From a virus (Duplodnaviria > Caudoviricetes): DNA of 64,000 nucleotides. The stretch spans positions 1 to 64,000 of the IMG/VR virus record IMGVR_UViG_3300029288_003518; one strand, 5' to 3'. This document shows positions 16,264-24,873 of the stretch, in pieces. The notes under the pieces are model-generated. The model had not been told where the DNA came from. It searched no databases and saw nothing but the letters and a program-made list of their open reading frames with translations. Position numbers and translations under genes: made by a program. The first letter of the stretch is position 1, and each line of letters begins with the position of its first letter.

Positions 16264-19200
16264 TTATTTTTCTAGTTCTGATATTTTAGATTCTAATACA
16301 CCTATCTTAGAACTAAGTTCCTTTACTGCATTAACTAATGCGCCAATAATACCCCTGTCAGATAAACCCAGATAACCATCCCTGTTTTTATCGACCGCTT
16401 CTGGAATAAGTCTCTGTATTTCTTGAGCTGAAAATCCCGCATAAGTATGGTCTATTCCTATATCAATACCAGATTCTTTATTCCACTTATATAATATAGG
16501 ATTGATTTGTAATACTTCTTTGAGACCATATTTTAAGTTACCTTGAATATCTTTTAATCTAGTATCTGAAGAAGTTGCTACAGTGCCATCAGCAGCAAAA
16601 CTAGTAGTTCCGGCTCCATAATAAGGAAGTTTAAGAACGCCTAAAGATGTTAATGCAAACCAATTTGTTGCATTATATGCTAATTCAAATACATTATTTC
16701 CTATAGTTGGACCTATACCAGCTCGCCATAACATAGCATTCGTAGAACTCTTCCAGTCTATCGTTCCACCATAATTATCATAGCTCAACATTTCTATCTG
16801 TGGAAAGGAAGCTTCCATCCGAGCACAAACTCCTGAAGTGTCTTTTACGTGTAACCTAACTGAAGGAGTACAATTAACTCCAATATATCCACTACTAAGA
16901 ATTGATAATCTTGCTGTTCCCGATCGAGTAGATGCATCAGCAGCAGTATATAAGTTTATAGACGTTGCTGCATTAGTCTCTCCAAATCCCCCACCTATAA
17001 CTAATTCATTATGACTAGCATCCCAGTTCATAGCCCCTACTAGGGTTATACCCTCTGGTTCTGAAGAACTTGAGTATTGAGGTATAACTATTTGACCATT
17101 TTTACTAGTTGAATCTGCTGTAGTAGTAGTAATAGTAATTTGAGGGATAGATCCCACAAAAATAGACGTAGCGCTTCCAGAGTAACCTGAGACTCCAGAT
17201 CCACTATATCCAGAAATGCCACTATATCCAGAGTATCCGGAGTAGCCAGAGGTTCCACTGTATCCTGAGATTCCAGAATATCCAGAATAACCAGATATAC
17301 CACTATACCCGCTGTACCCTGAAATACCACTATACCCAGAGTATCCACTATATCCCGATACACCTGAACCCGAGTAGCCAGAATAACCGGATATACCGCT
17401 ATATCCAGAGTAACCAGAGTATCCGGAATAACCCGAGTACCCGGAGTAGCCGCTATATCCTGAGTAATCTCCGGGTGACCAAGCAAAATCATATATTGTA
17501 GTTCCCTCAACCGCTATAGCTGCATCATAGTATGCAACAGCATCGGCAACATCCTGATAGATGGTCAACTCTACTTGGGTAGCATTAGCGTCTATTAGTC
17601 TGGTTGCCGATATCCTTTCATAAGTACCACTTCCACTGTGGCCTGGTCCGTATGTGTCTCCTACTCCATCATTTATCTTTATGTTACAGCTGGTTACATT
17701 TGTATTGATCCATACTGAGAATGTAACATTCTTACCCTTCCAATAATTTATACCCTTTTTGGTGTGGATCGTTTGCTGCGTTAGAGTATTGGCACCAACG
17801 CGAGTCCTCTTGCAACTATAAGTACCATATTTTACAGTTATTGAGTCTCTTTCAATTATAGAATTCACTCCACTGGATACCCATGAAGCTGGATCAGAAG
17901 TTGTCCCATTTGGCCATTTCTCAAAATCTCCATTATCTAATTCATTAGGAAGATATCGGAGCCCAGAGATACCACTATATCCTGAATAACCTGAGAATCC
18001 TGAATATCCAGATATGCCAGAGTATCCGGAATATCCTGAGGTGCCAGAGTAACCGGAGTAGCCAGAGATTCCCGAGTAACCTGAGTACCCAGATTTACCA
18101 GAGTATCCAGAGTAACCTGAAATTCCGGAATATCCAGAATACCCACTGATACCACTATACCCAGAGTATCCACTATATCCCGATACACCTGAACCCGAGT
18201 AGCCAGAATAACCGGATATACCGCTATATCCAGAGTAACCTGAGATACCACTATATCCTGAATAACCGGATATACCAGAACCTGAGTAACCTGATATACC
18301 TGATCCACTATATCCAGAGTATCCGCTAATTCCACTATATCCGCTATATCCCGATATTCCTGAATAACCGCTATAGCCAGAATACCCCGATATTCCAGAT
18401 CCACTGTATCCTGATACTCCCGATCCAGAATACCCAGAGTATCCAGATATACCAGAGTAACCGGAGTAGCCAGAGATTCCGCTATATCCCGAGTAACCAG
18501 AAATACCAGATCCTGAGTAGCCCGACACGCCAGATCCAGAGTATCCACTATAACCTGAAATGCCAGAATAACCGCTATAGCCAGATTTACCGGAGTAACC
18601 AGAATAACCAGAATAGCCAGAAATACCAGAACCAGAATAACCCGAAATACCAGAACCGCTATACCCGGAGTAACCAGAGATTCCGGAGTAACCACTATAT
18701 CCTGAAATACCACTGTATCCAGAGTAACCGGAGATGCCTGAGCCTGAATATCCTGAAACTCCAGAACCCGAGTAACCGGAATAGCCAGAGATACCTGAAT
18801 AACCGGAATATCCAGATATTCCGCTGTAACCTGAATATCCTGATGTACCTGATCCGGAATATCCCGATACACCTGATCCTGAATATCCAGAATATCCGCT
18901 AATGCCAGAGTAACCGCTGTAACCAGAGATTCCGCTATATCCTGAGTAACCAGAATATCCAGAAATACCAGAACCCGAGTATCCTGAAATTCCTGATCCG
19001 CTATATCCTGAGTATCCAGATATACCAGAATAACCAGAGTAACCACTAATTCCGCTGTATCCAGAATATCCAGAAATACCAGAGCCGGAATATCCTGATA
19101 CGCCTGACCCACTATAACCTGAGTATCCCGAAATACCAGAGTACCCCGAGTAACCTGAATAACCCGAGATTCCACTATAGCCAGAGTAACCTGAGAGGCC

Positions 19201-22200
19201 AGATCCAGAATATCCTGAGACTCCTGAGCCGCTATATCCTGAATACCCACTGATACCGGAGTAGCCGGAATATCCACTGATTCCAGAATATCCGCTGTAT
19301 CCCGAAACACCAGATCCCGAATAACCCGAAACACCAGAACCCGAATAACCGGAGTAACCACTTATGCCCGAATAACCAGAGTATCCCGACATCCCGCTAT
19401 ACCCAGAATATCCTGAGTAACCAGATATACCTGATCCGGAGTATCCAGAGACACCAGACCCACTATATCCCGAGTAACCGCTAATACCGGAATATCCACT
19501 ATAACCAGATATACCACTATACCCGGAGTATCCTGATATACCGGAGCCGGAGTAACCGGAGACACCAGACCCGGAATATCCAGAGTAACCCGATATACCT
19601 GAGTATCCACTATATCCTGAGTAACCTGAGATTCCGCTGTAACCGGAATAACCAGAGATTCCTGAACCAGAGTATCCAGATATGCCGGATCCCGAATAAC
19701 CTGAGTAACCTGAAATTCCGGAATAGCCTGAGTAACCAGAATAACCACTAATTCCTGAATAACCGGAGTATCCTGAATAACCACTAATACCGGATCCCGA
19801 GTATCCCGAAATACCAGAGTACCCCGAGTAACCTGAATAACCCGAGATTCCACTATAGCCAGAGTAACCTGAGAGGCCAGATCCAGAATATCCTGAGACT
19901 CCTGAGCCGCTGTAACCGGAGTAGCCACTTATACCACTGTATCCAGAGTACCCAGATATACCGCTGTATCCTGAATATCCAGAGACGCCAGAACCAGAGT
20001 ATCCCGAATATCCGCTTATTCCTGAATAACCGCTATAGCCAGATTTACCGGAGTATCCAGAATAACCAGAATAGCCAGAAACACCAGATCCAGAATACCC
20101 GGACACCCCCGAACCGCTGTATCCTGAAATTCCAGAGTATCCAGAGTAACCACTATATCCGGAAATACCGGAGTAGCCGGAGTATCCGGAAACTCCCGAG
20201 CCACTATACCCAGAAATTCCGCTATATCCAGAATATCCAGAGATTCCAGAGTATCCCGAGATTCCCGAGTATCCACTGTATCCGGAATATCCACTAGTGC
20301 CTGAGTATCCAGAGTAACCTGAGATACCAGAATATCCGGAGTATCCAGATATACCACTATATCCCGAGTAGCCTGAATAACCAGAGATTCCTGAATATCC
20401 TGAGTAACCACTGATTCCAGAGTAACCTGAATAACCGGAGTAACCTGAGATACCGGATTCACCCTGGGGTCCTGGAGCACCGGCCAAATTAACATCCCAA
20501 GAACTAAACTCTCCAGTACCGGTTACTGTAACTACAGATACGGCTAAGGCTCCATTATCTTTATTATATGTGGTTACTGAACCTTCTATTTTATGTAAAT
20601 TATCATTAGAAACAATTATTGATTGCCCCGGGGTATAAGAGAGACCAGTCCCTATTGTAATACTTAGGGATGCCCCAACTGAACCCAGGTCGACTGTATT
20701 GGAGGATGTTGTTGCATAAATATCTCCAGGGATACCACTGTATCCGGATTTTCCGCTATATCCGCTATAGCCAGAAATTCCTGAGTAGCCAGAATAACCG
20801 GAAACTCCTGATCCACTATATCCTGAGTATCCACTGATACCGGAGTACCCACTGTATCCTGATATGCCAGAGTAGCCGCTATAACCAGAAATACCTGAGT
20901 ATCCTGAATAACCAGATATACCTGAGTATCCTGAGTATCCTGAAATCCCTGAGTAACCGGAATATCCTGAGATACCTGAACCGCTGTATCCACTGTAACC
21001 AGAGTATCCAGAGATACCTGAATATCCGGAGTATCCAGATTTACCCGAATAACCAGAATATCCAGAGTAACCTGAGACTCCAGATCCAGAGTAACCTGAG
21101 ATTCCGGAACCAGAGTATCCACTATATCCTGAGTAACCAGATATTCCCGAGTAACCGGAATAGCCGGATGTTCCCGAGTATCCTGAATATCCCGAAATAC
21201 CTGAGCCAGAATATCCAGATACACCAGACCCAGAATATCCACTATATCCGCTAATACCAGAATATCCCGAGTAACCGGAGATGCCGGAATAACCACTGTA
21301 ACCTGAATATCCCGAAATTCCGGAACCTGAATAACCAGAAATACCTGACCCACTGTAACCCGAATATCCGCTAATTCCTGAGTAACCTGAATAGCCTGAT
21401 TTCCCGCTGTATCCGGAGTATCCCGAATAACCAGATATTCCAGAACCTGAATAACCTGATATTCCGGAGTATCCGCTGTAACCTGAGATTCCTGATCCAC
21501 TATATCCGGAATAACCGGATATACCTGAGTAACCTGAGTATCCGCTTATTCCAGAGTAACCAGAGTATCCTGATACACCTGATCCCGAGTAACCGCTATA
21601 CCCTGAGTATCCACTATAACCTGAATATCCGGAGATACCTGAGTAACCAGAATAACCCGAGTATCCGGATATACCAGAGTAACCACTGTATCCAGATAAT
21701 CCTGCTCCACTATATCCAGAGTAACCGGACAAGCCAGATCCAGAGTATCCACTGTAACCTGAATACCCACTAATTCCCGAGTAACCGGAATAGCCCGAGA
21801 TACCACTGTAGCTACTATAGCCTGAATATCCAGAGGCTCCTATGGGTACATAAAATTGAATTAATATTTTATTGAAGGAAGGATCTACTATGCCATTACC
21901 ATCCTGGCCTACAATCCTTAGCCATACATCTGCTTGCGCGCCGGTAACAAGAATAGCCCAGACCCCTATCTTTACGCCAGTGCCAGTTCCCACATCTAGT
22001 TTTCCGGCCGCGGCAGTATCGGCCGCCTGGAAGGTAGTATTATCCGTGGAATATTGTAAGTTTATACTTGAACCTGCAAAACCAGAAATTGCCTGGTTAA
22101 CTATGATTCTGTATTTAGATGCAGGAGTTAAATCTAATTTAATCCTATTAGCTGTTGATCCGTCAAATTCTGTTACAGCCGCAGGCATGTTTGACCATAT

Positions 22201-23310
22201 AGTAGCCGAGGTAATTAAATCCCATTCAACTGTAGTAGTTGTGGAATTTATTGATACACCAGTACCGCTATATCCAGAGAATCCTGAGTAACCAGAATAA
22301 CCAGCTCCTGAAGAGCCAGAGTATCCGCTAATACCGGATCCTGAATATCCACTATATCCTGAATAGCCGGAGATCCCCGATCCAGAATAACCAGAGTATC
22401 CAGAATATCCGGATGCACTGGAATATCCAGAATAACCACTATAACTTGAATAGCCTGAAATACCAGAGTATCCGCTGTATCCTGAATAACCCGAGTATCC
22501 ACTTCTTCCACTATACCCAGATGAACCTGCTCCAGAGTATCCCGAAACACCTGAACCACTATATCCGCTATAACCCGAATATCCGGAATATCCCGAGATA
22601 CCAGAGTAGCTTGAATAACCAGAAATACCACTATACCCAGAGTAACCAGATATACCTGAGTATCCTGAGTATCCTGAAATCCCTGAGTAACCGGAATATC
22701 CTGAGTGTCCAGAATACCCGCTGTATCCACTTATTCCGGAACCCGAATATCCACTGTAACCTGAGTATCCTGAGAATGGAGTCCCCACACTAACCCACTT
22801 AGTACCATTAAAATAATATAGCTCATTAACATTTTTGTTAACAAGAATCCATCCATCTTCTGGTGTTTCAAAACTCCAGCTAGACGTGGCGGTAGAATAT
22901 GTAGCTATATTTTCATTGTAGAATTCCCAAGCACCAGATCCAGGAGAAAGAACTAAGTATCTATCTCCATTACTAGGTGATATCGGCGGGGTAGTTTGAT
23001 AATTTAAAGCGGGGTCTTTCCAGGAAAAATTCATAACCAAGGAAGAACCAGAATACCCAGAGTATCCGGATTTTCCATCTACACCTATTACACCATCCTT
23101 ACCAGAATAGCCAGAATAACCGCTACGACCGACACCTCCGGCCTCAACGTTTGTAATCCTGGTTTCGTGATTTGTTAGTATAGATTGGTGAGTAATGATC
23201 TCTCTATCATGATCATTATAATCAGCAGCATTTGCAACATCCGTTCTTCCGGGAATGTCGCGACTGGTATCCTGAGTATTGGGGGTATAGTTCGGATATG
23301 CACCTGGCAT
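16264..23310 (-). CDS. giant tail-fibre-like protein with (Ser-Gly-Tyr/Ile)n repeat blocks, DUF2793-like N-terminal domain, CBM-like domain and C-terminal S74 chaperone
   Basis: ATG 23310 follows AGGAG; QTTPP.SPSNGDRYLV...GAW...P..GW (DUF2793-like); NGDFEKW (CBM-like); SDTRLKDI...GFSAQEI...LVNAVKEL (peptidase S74 intramolecular chaperone). Confidence 0.88.
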   Translation of the reverse strand: MPGAYPNYTPNTQDTSRDIPGRTDVANAADYNDHDREIITHQSILTNHETRITNVEAGGVGRSGYSGYSGKDGVIGVDGKSGYSGYSGSSLVMNFSWKDPALNYQTTPPISPSNGDRYLVLSPGSGAWEFYNENIATYSTATSSWSFETPEDGWILVNKNVNELYYFNGTKWVSVGTPFSGYSGYSGYSGSGISGYSGYSGHSGYSGYSGISGYSGYSGISGYSGYSGISGYSSYSGISGYSGYSGYSGYSGSGVSGYSGAGSSGYSGRSGYSGYSGYSGYSGISGYSSYSGYSGYSSASGYSGYSGYSGSGISGYSGYSGYSGSGISGYSGSSGAGYSGYSGFSGYSGTGVSINSTTTTVEWDLITSATIWSNMPAAVTEFDGSTANRIKLDLTPASKYRIIVNQAISGFAGSSINLQYSTDNTTFQAADTAAAGKLDVGTGTGVKIGVWAILVTGAQADVWLRIVGQDGNGIVDPSFNKILIQFYVPIGASGYSGYSSYSGISGYSGYSGISGYSGYSGYSGSGLSGYSGYSGAGLSGYSGYSGISGYSGYSGYSGISGYSGYSGYSGYSGYSGSGVSGYSGYSGISGYSGYSGISGYSGYSGSGISGYSGYSGISGYSGSGISGYSGYSGYSGKSGYSGYSGISGYSGYSGSGISGYSGSGISGYSGYSGYSGISGYSGYSGISGYSGYSGSGVSGYSGSGISGYSGYSGTSGYSGYSGISGYSGYSGYSGSGISGYSGSGVSGYSGYSGYSGKSGYSGYSGISGYSGYSGYSGSGISGYSGYSGISGYSGYSGISGYSGYSGISGYSGYSGISGYSGYSGISGYSGYSGSGVSGYSGYSGISGYSGYSGKSGYSGIPGDIYATTSSNTVDLGSVGASLSITIGTGLSYTPGQSIIVSNDNLHKIEGSVTTYNKDNGALAVSVVTVTGTGEFSSWDVNLAGAPGPQGESGISGYSGYSGYSGISGYSGYSGISGYSGYSGYSGISGYSGYSGISGYSGYSGTSGYSGYSGYSGISGYSGISGYSGYSGISGYSGSGVSGYSGYSGISGYSGYSGYSGISGYSGSGVSGYSGSGVSGYSGYSGYSGKSGYSGYSGISGYSGYSGSGVSGYSGYSGISGYSGYSGISGYSGYSGSGVSGYSGSGLSGYSGYSGISGYSGYSGYSGISGYSGSGISGYSGYSGYSGISGYSGYSGYSGISGYSGYSGSGISGYSGSGISGYSGYSGISGYSGYSGYSGISGYSGYSGSGVSGYSGSGISGYSGYSGISGYSGYSGISGYSGYSGSGVSGYSGSGISGYSGYSGYSGMSGYSGYSGISGYSGYSGSGVSGYSGSGVSGYSGYSGISGYSGYSGISGYSGYSGSGVSGYSGSGLSGYSGYSGISGYSGYSGYSGISGYSGYSGSGVSGYSGSGISGYSGYSGISGYSGYSGISGYSGYSGSGISGYSGSGISGYSGYSGYSGISGYSGYSGISGYSGYSGSGVSGYSGSGTSGYSGYSGISGYSGYSGISGYSGYSGSGVSGYSGSGISGYSGYSGISGYSGYSGISGYSGYSGSGISGYSGSGISGYSGYSGYSGKSGYSGYSGISGYSGYSGSGVSGYSGSGISGYSGYSGISGYSGYSGISGYSGYSGSGVSGYSGSGISGYSGYSGYSGISGYSGYSGISGYSGYSGSGISGYSGSGISGYSGYSGISGYSGYSGISGYSGYSGSGVSGYSGYSGYSGISGYSGYSGISGYSGYSGKSGYSGYSGISGYSGYSGTSGYSGYSGISGYSGFSGYSGYSGISGLRYLPNELDNGDFEKWPNGTTSDPASWVSSGVNSIIERDSITVKYGTYSCKRTRVGANTLTQQTIHTKKGINYWKGKNVTFSVWINTNVTSCNIKINDGVGDTYGPGHSGSGTYERISATRLIDANATQVELTIYQDVADAVAYYDAAIAVEGTTIYDFAWSPGDYSGYSGYSGYSGYSGYSGYSGYSGISGYSGYSGSGVSGYSGYSGYSGISGYSGYSGISGYSGYSGISGYSGTSGYSGYSGYSGISGYSGSGVSGYSGSATSIFVGSIPQITITTTTADSTSKNGQIVIPQYSSSSEPEGITLVGAMNWDASHNELVIGGGFGETNAATSINLYTAADASTRSGTARLSILSSGYIGVNCTPSVRLHVKDTSGVCARMEASFPQIEMLSYDNYGGTIDWKSSTNAMLWRAGIGPTIGNNVFELAYNATNWFALTSLGVLKLPYYGAGTTSFAADGTVATSSDTRLKDIQGNLKYGLKEVLQINPILYKWNKESGIDIGIDHTYAGFSAQEIQRLIPEAVDKNRDGYLGLSDRGIIGALVNAVKELSSKIGVLESKISELEK
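17175..23130 (-). repeat. low-complexity coding repeats (SGY/SGI/SGSG) in four large blocks (about 17175-17470, 17965-20460, 20730-21840, 22260-22775) plus a short block near 23040-23130
   Basis: Visible in the translation; codons are synonymously diversified. Confidence 0.95.
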
Positions 23311-23380
23311 GACTGTTCTCCTATGATTTAGGGTAGTCCTGTCCACAAATTAAGTCTATCCCCCCCTGCTTGCTCGGATA

Positions 23381-23857
23381 TTATAATTTTATAATGGACT
23401 GCGGTAATCTAATTATTTTAATTATTTCTTCTGGTTTAAAGAATATATCATTGTTGCATTCTATAACTTCCCATATATCAAATTGTTTCTCTCTTAAGTA
23501 TTTCCTGTCTTTAAGAATATTAACATTTTCTTTATGCCCAAAGATATTAGGATCGGATGGGCCAAAGATAGCATAACCCGGTTTATGTATAAGACTGCAG
23601 AAATGCTGGAAGAAATTATCAACACTTATCCATGTATCCGCAGCTGCAACTAATTCCCTGAGGCTATCTAGAGTAAGGTCTAACTTTATATCATTAACTC
23701 CCTCAATAGGCTTCTCCCCGGATCTTCCAATCTGAATAACAAAAAAACCTTCATTCTTTAATAGGGATACCAACTCTCCCCAATATGGATAGTTTTTGGG
23801 ATTGACTTTTCCATTTCTCATCGGCCGGCTATAAGGAGATATAATTATGTTTTTCAT
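23381..23857 (-). CDS. GT9 (heptosyltransferase-like) C-terminal half
   Basis: PKNYPYW..LV..L, ISVDNFFQH, AIFGPSDP..FGH; ATGA-coupled start at 23857. Confidence 0.75.
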   Translation of the reverse strand: MKNIIISPYSRPMRNGKVNPKNYPYWGELVSLLKNEGFFVIQIGRSGEKPIEGVNDIKLDLTLDSLRELVAAADTWISVDNFFQHFCSLIHKPGYAIFGPSDPNIFGHKENVNILKDRKYLREKQFDIWEVIECNNDIFFKPEEIIKIIRLPQSIIKL

Positions 23858-24873
23858 AGGTACATCCCCCTGTAGGCATCGGCAAGTGACTTCTTCCAAT
23901 TTCGATCCCACATCCATTTGTATACACTATGATCATCACTCTTAGTAACCATATAAGCTTCGGCAATACTGATTTGTTTTATATCTGTATCTTCTTTAAA
24001 TACCTCAGGATAGCAATGGGCAAGTATCAAGTCCTTGTATCTCAGCTTTATTTCCGGTAAGATAGATTTGAATACAAGGTGATCTCCGAGTCCGGAATCA
24101 AGGACTATTAATTTCACATGATGAGGAACTATCCCCCATTCCTGTAACTTCTTGGAGAATATTATCTCATCATTAGCCCACAACTGTCCATCTGTTTCGC
24201 TTCTTATCCCGCCGGAAGAGAGACGCAAATGCCATGTTACAGCTGATGGATCAATAAGTAATTTCCATCCAGCCCTCTTCATTTCATAGGTAAATATCGT
24301 TTCCTCTCTATGTCCTATCTTAGAGAGTTCCATGCAATAGCCATTCCTGGCAGCTTCCTTACTATATATAAATGTAGAATACAAATGATCAACTTCTTTT
24401 GTCCCATCAAATTTAAACCACTGTTCATTGAGGCCGCAATAGATATCCTCGATCTTATTAGAGGCCAGCCTATTGCTGACTATAGGTTGCTTGGGGTCAA
24501 GAACTAATCCTGCCACCGCGCCAACACCGGGAGCTACATTCTTAACTAGCTTCTCTAGAACATCATGCTCCATAACATTATCATCATCTATCCTCCAGAT
24601 CCATTCCGTATTTGCCTCCTGAATAGATCTCTGATGATTAGCTACCTGTCCTTTTCTTTCACCAAATTGAATAGTCCAGCTTATTCCCCGGGCCTGGATA
24701 AACTTAAATATATTCTCATATAAAGGATCTTGTCTTAAGTCCTTCTGCTCACCATCATCATATATTATTATATGCTTAGGTCTATACGTTTGTAGAGCGA
24801 TAGAAATTAAACAGTTAGGCAAGGTAGTAAAATATCTATCCCTTGTAGAAATTACAGCAGTTACTTCGATCAT
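23854..24873 (-). CDS. GT2 glycosyltransferase fused to a GT9 N-terminal segment
   Basis: IYDDG, RIDDD; C-terminal SGLGDHLVFKSILPEIK. Confidence 0.85.
   Translation of the reverse strand: MIEVTAVISTRDRYFTTLPNCLISIALQTYRPKHIIIYDDGEQKDLRQDPLYENIFKFIQARGISWTIQFGERKGQVANHQRSIQEANTEWIWRIDDDNVMEHDVLEKLVKNVAPGVGAVAGLVLDPKQPIVSNRLASNKIEDIYCGLNEQWFKFDGTKEVDHLYSTFIYSKEAARNGYCMELSKIGHREETIFTYEMKRAGWKLLIDPSAVTWHLRLSSGGIRSETDGQLWANDEIIFSKKLQEWGIVPHHVKLIVLDSGLGDHLVFKSILPEIKLRYKDLILAHCYPEVFKEDTDIKQISIAEAYMVTKSDDHSVYKWMWDRNWKKSLADAYRGMYL

Noticed and set aside
17088-22730. Long alternative-frame ORFs inside the fibre gene (for example 17937-19361, 474 aa)
   Set aside because: They are by-products of the SGY codon pattern, which rarely generates stops in that frame; the translations are repetitive and lack an RBS.
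17175-23130. Possible CRISPR array or DGR template/variable repeats
   Set aside because: The repeats are coding triplets with no constant repeat-spacer structure. The duplicated segments are exact rather than adenine-variable, and there is no reverse transcriptase in the window.
23311-23408. sigma70 promoter upstream of the fibre gene
   Set aside because: TATAAT is present on the - strand but there is no TTGAA-type -35 or extended TG; a late promoter cannot be defined from one site.
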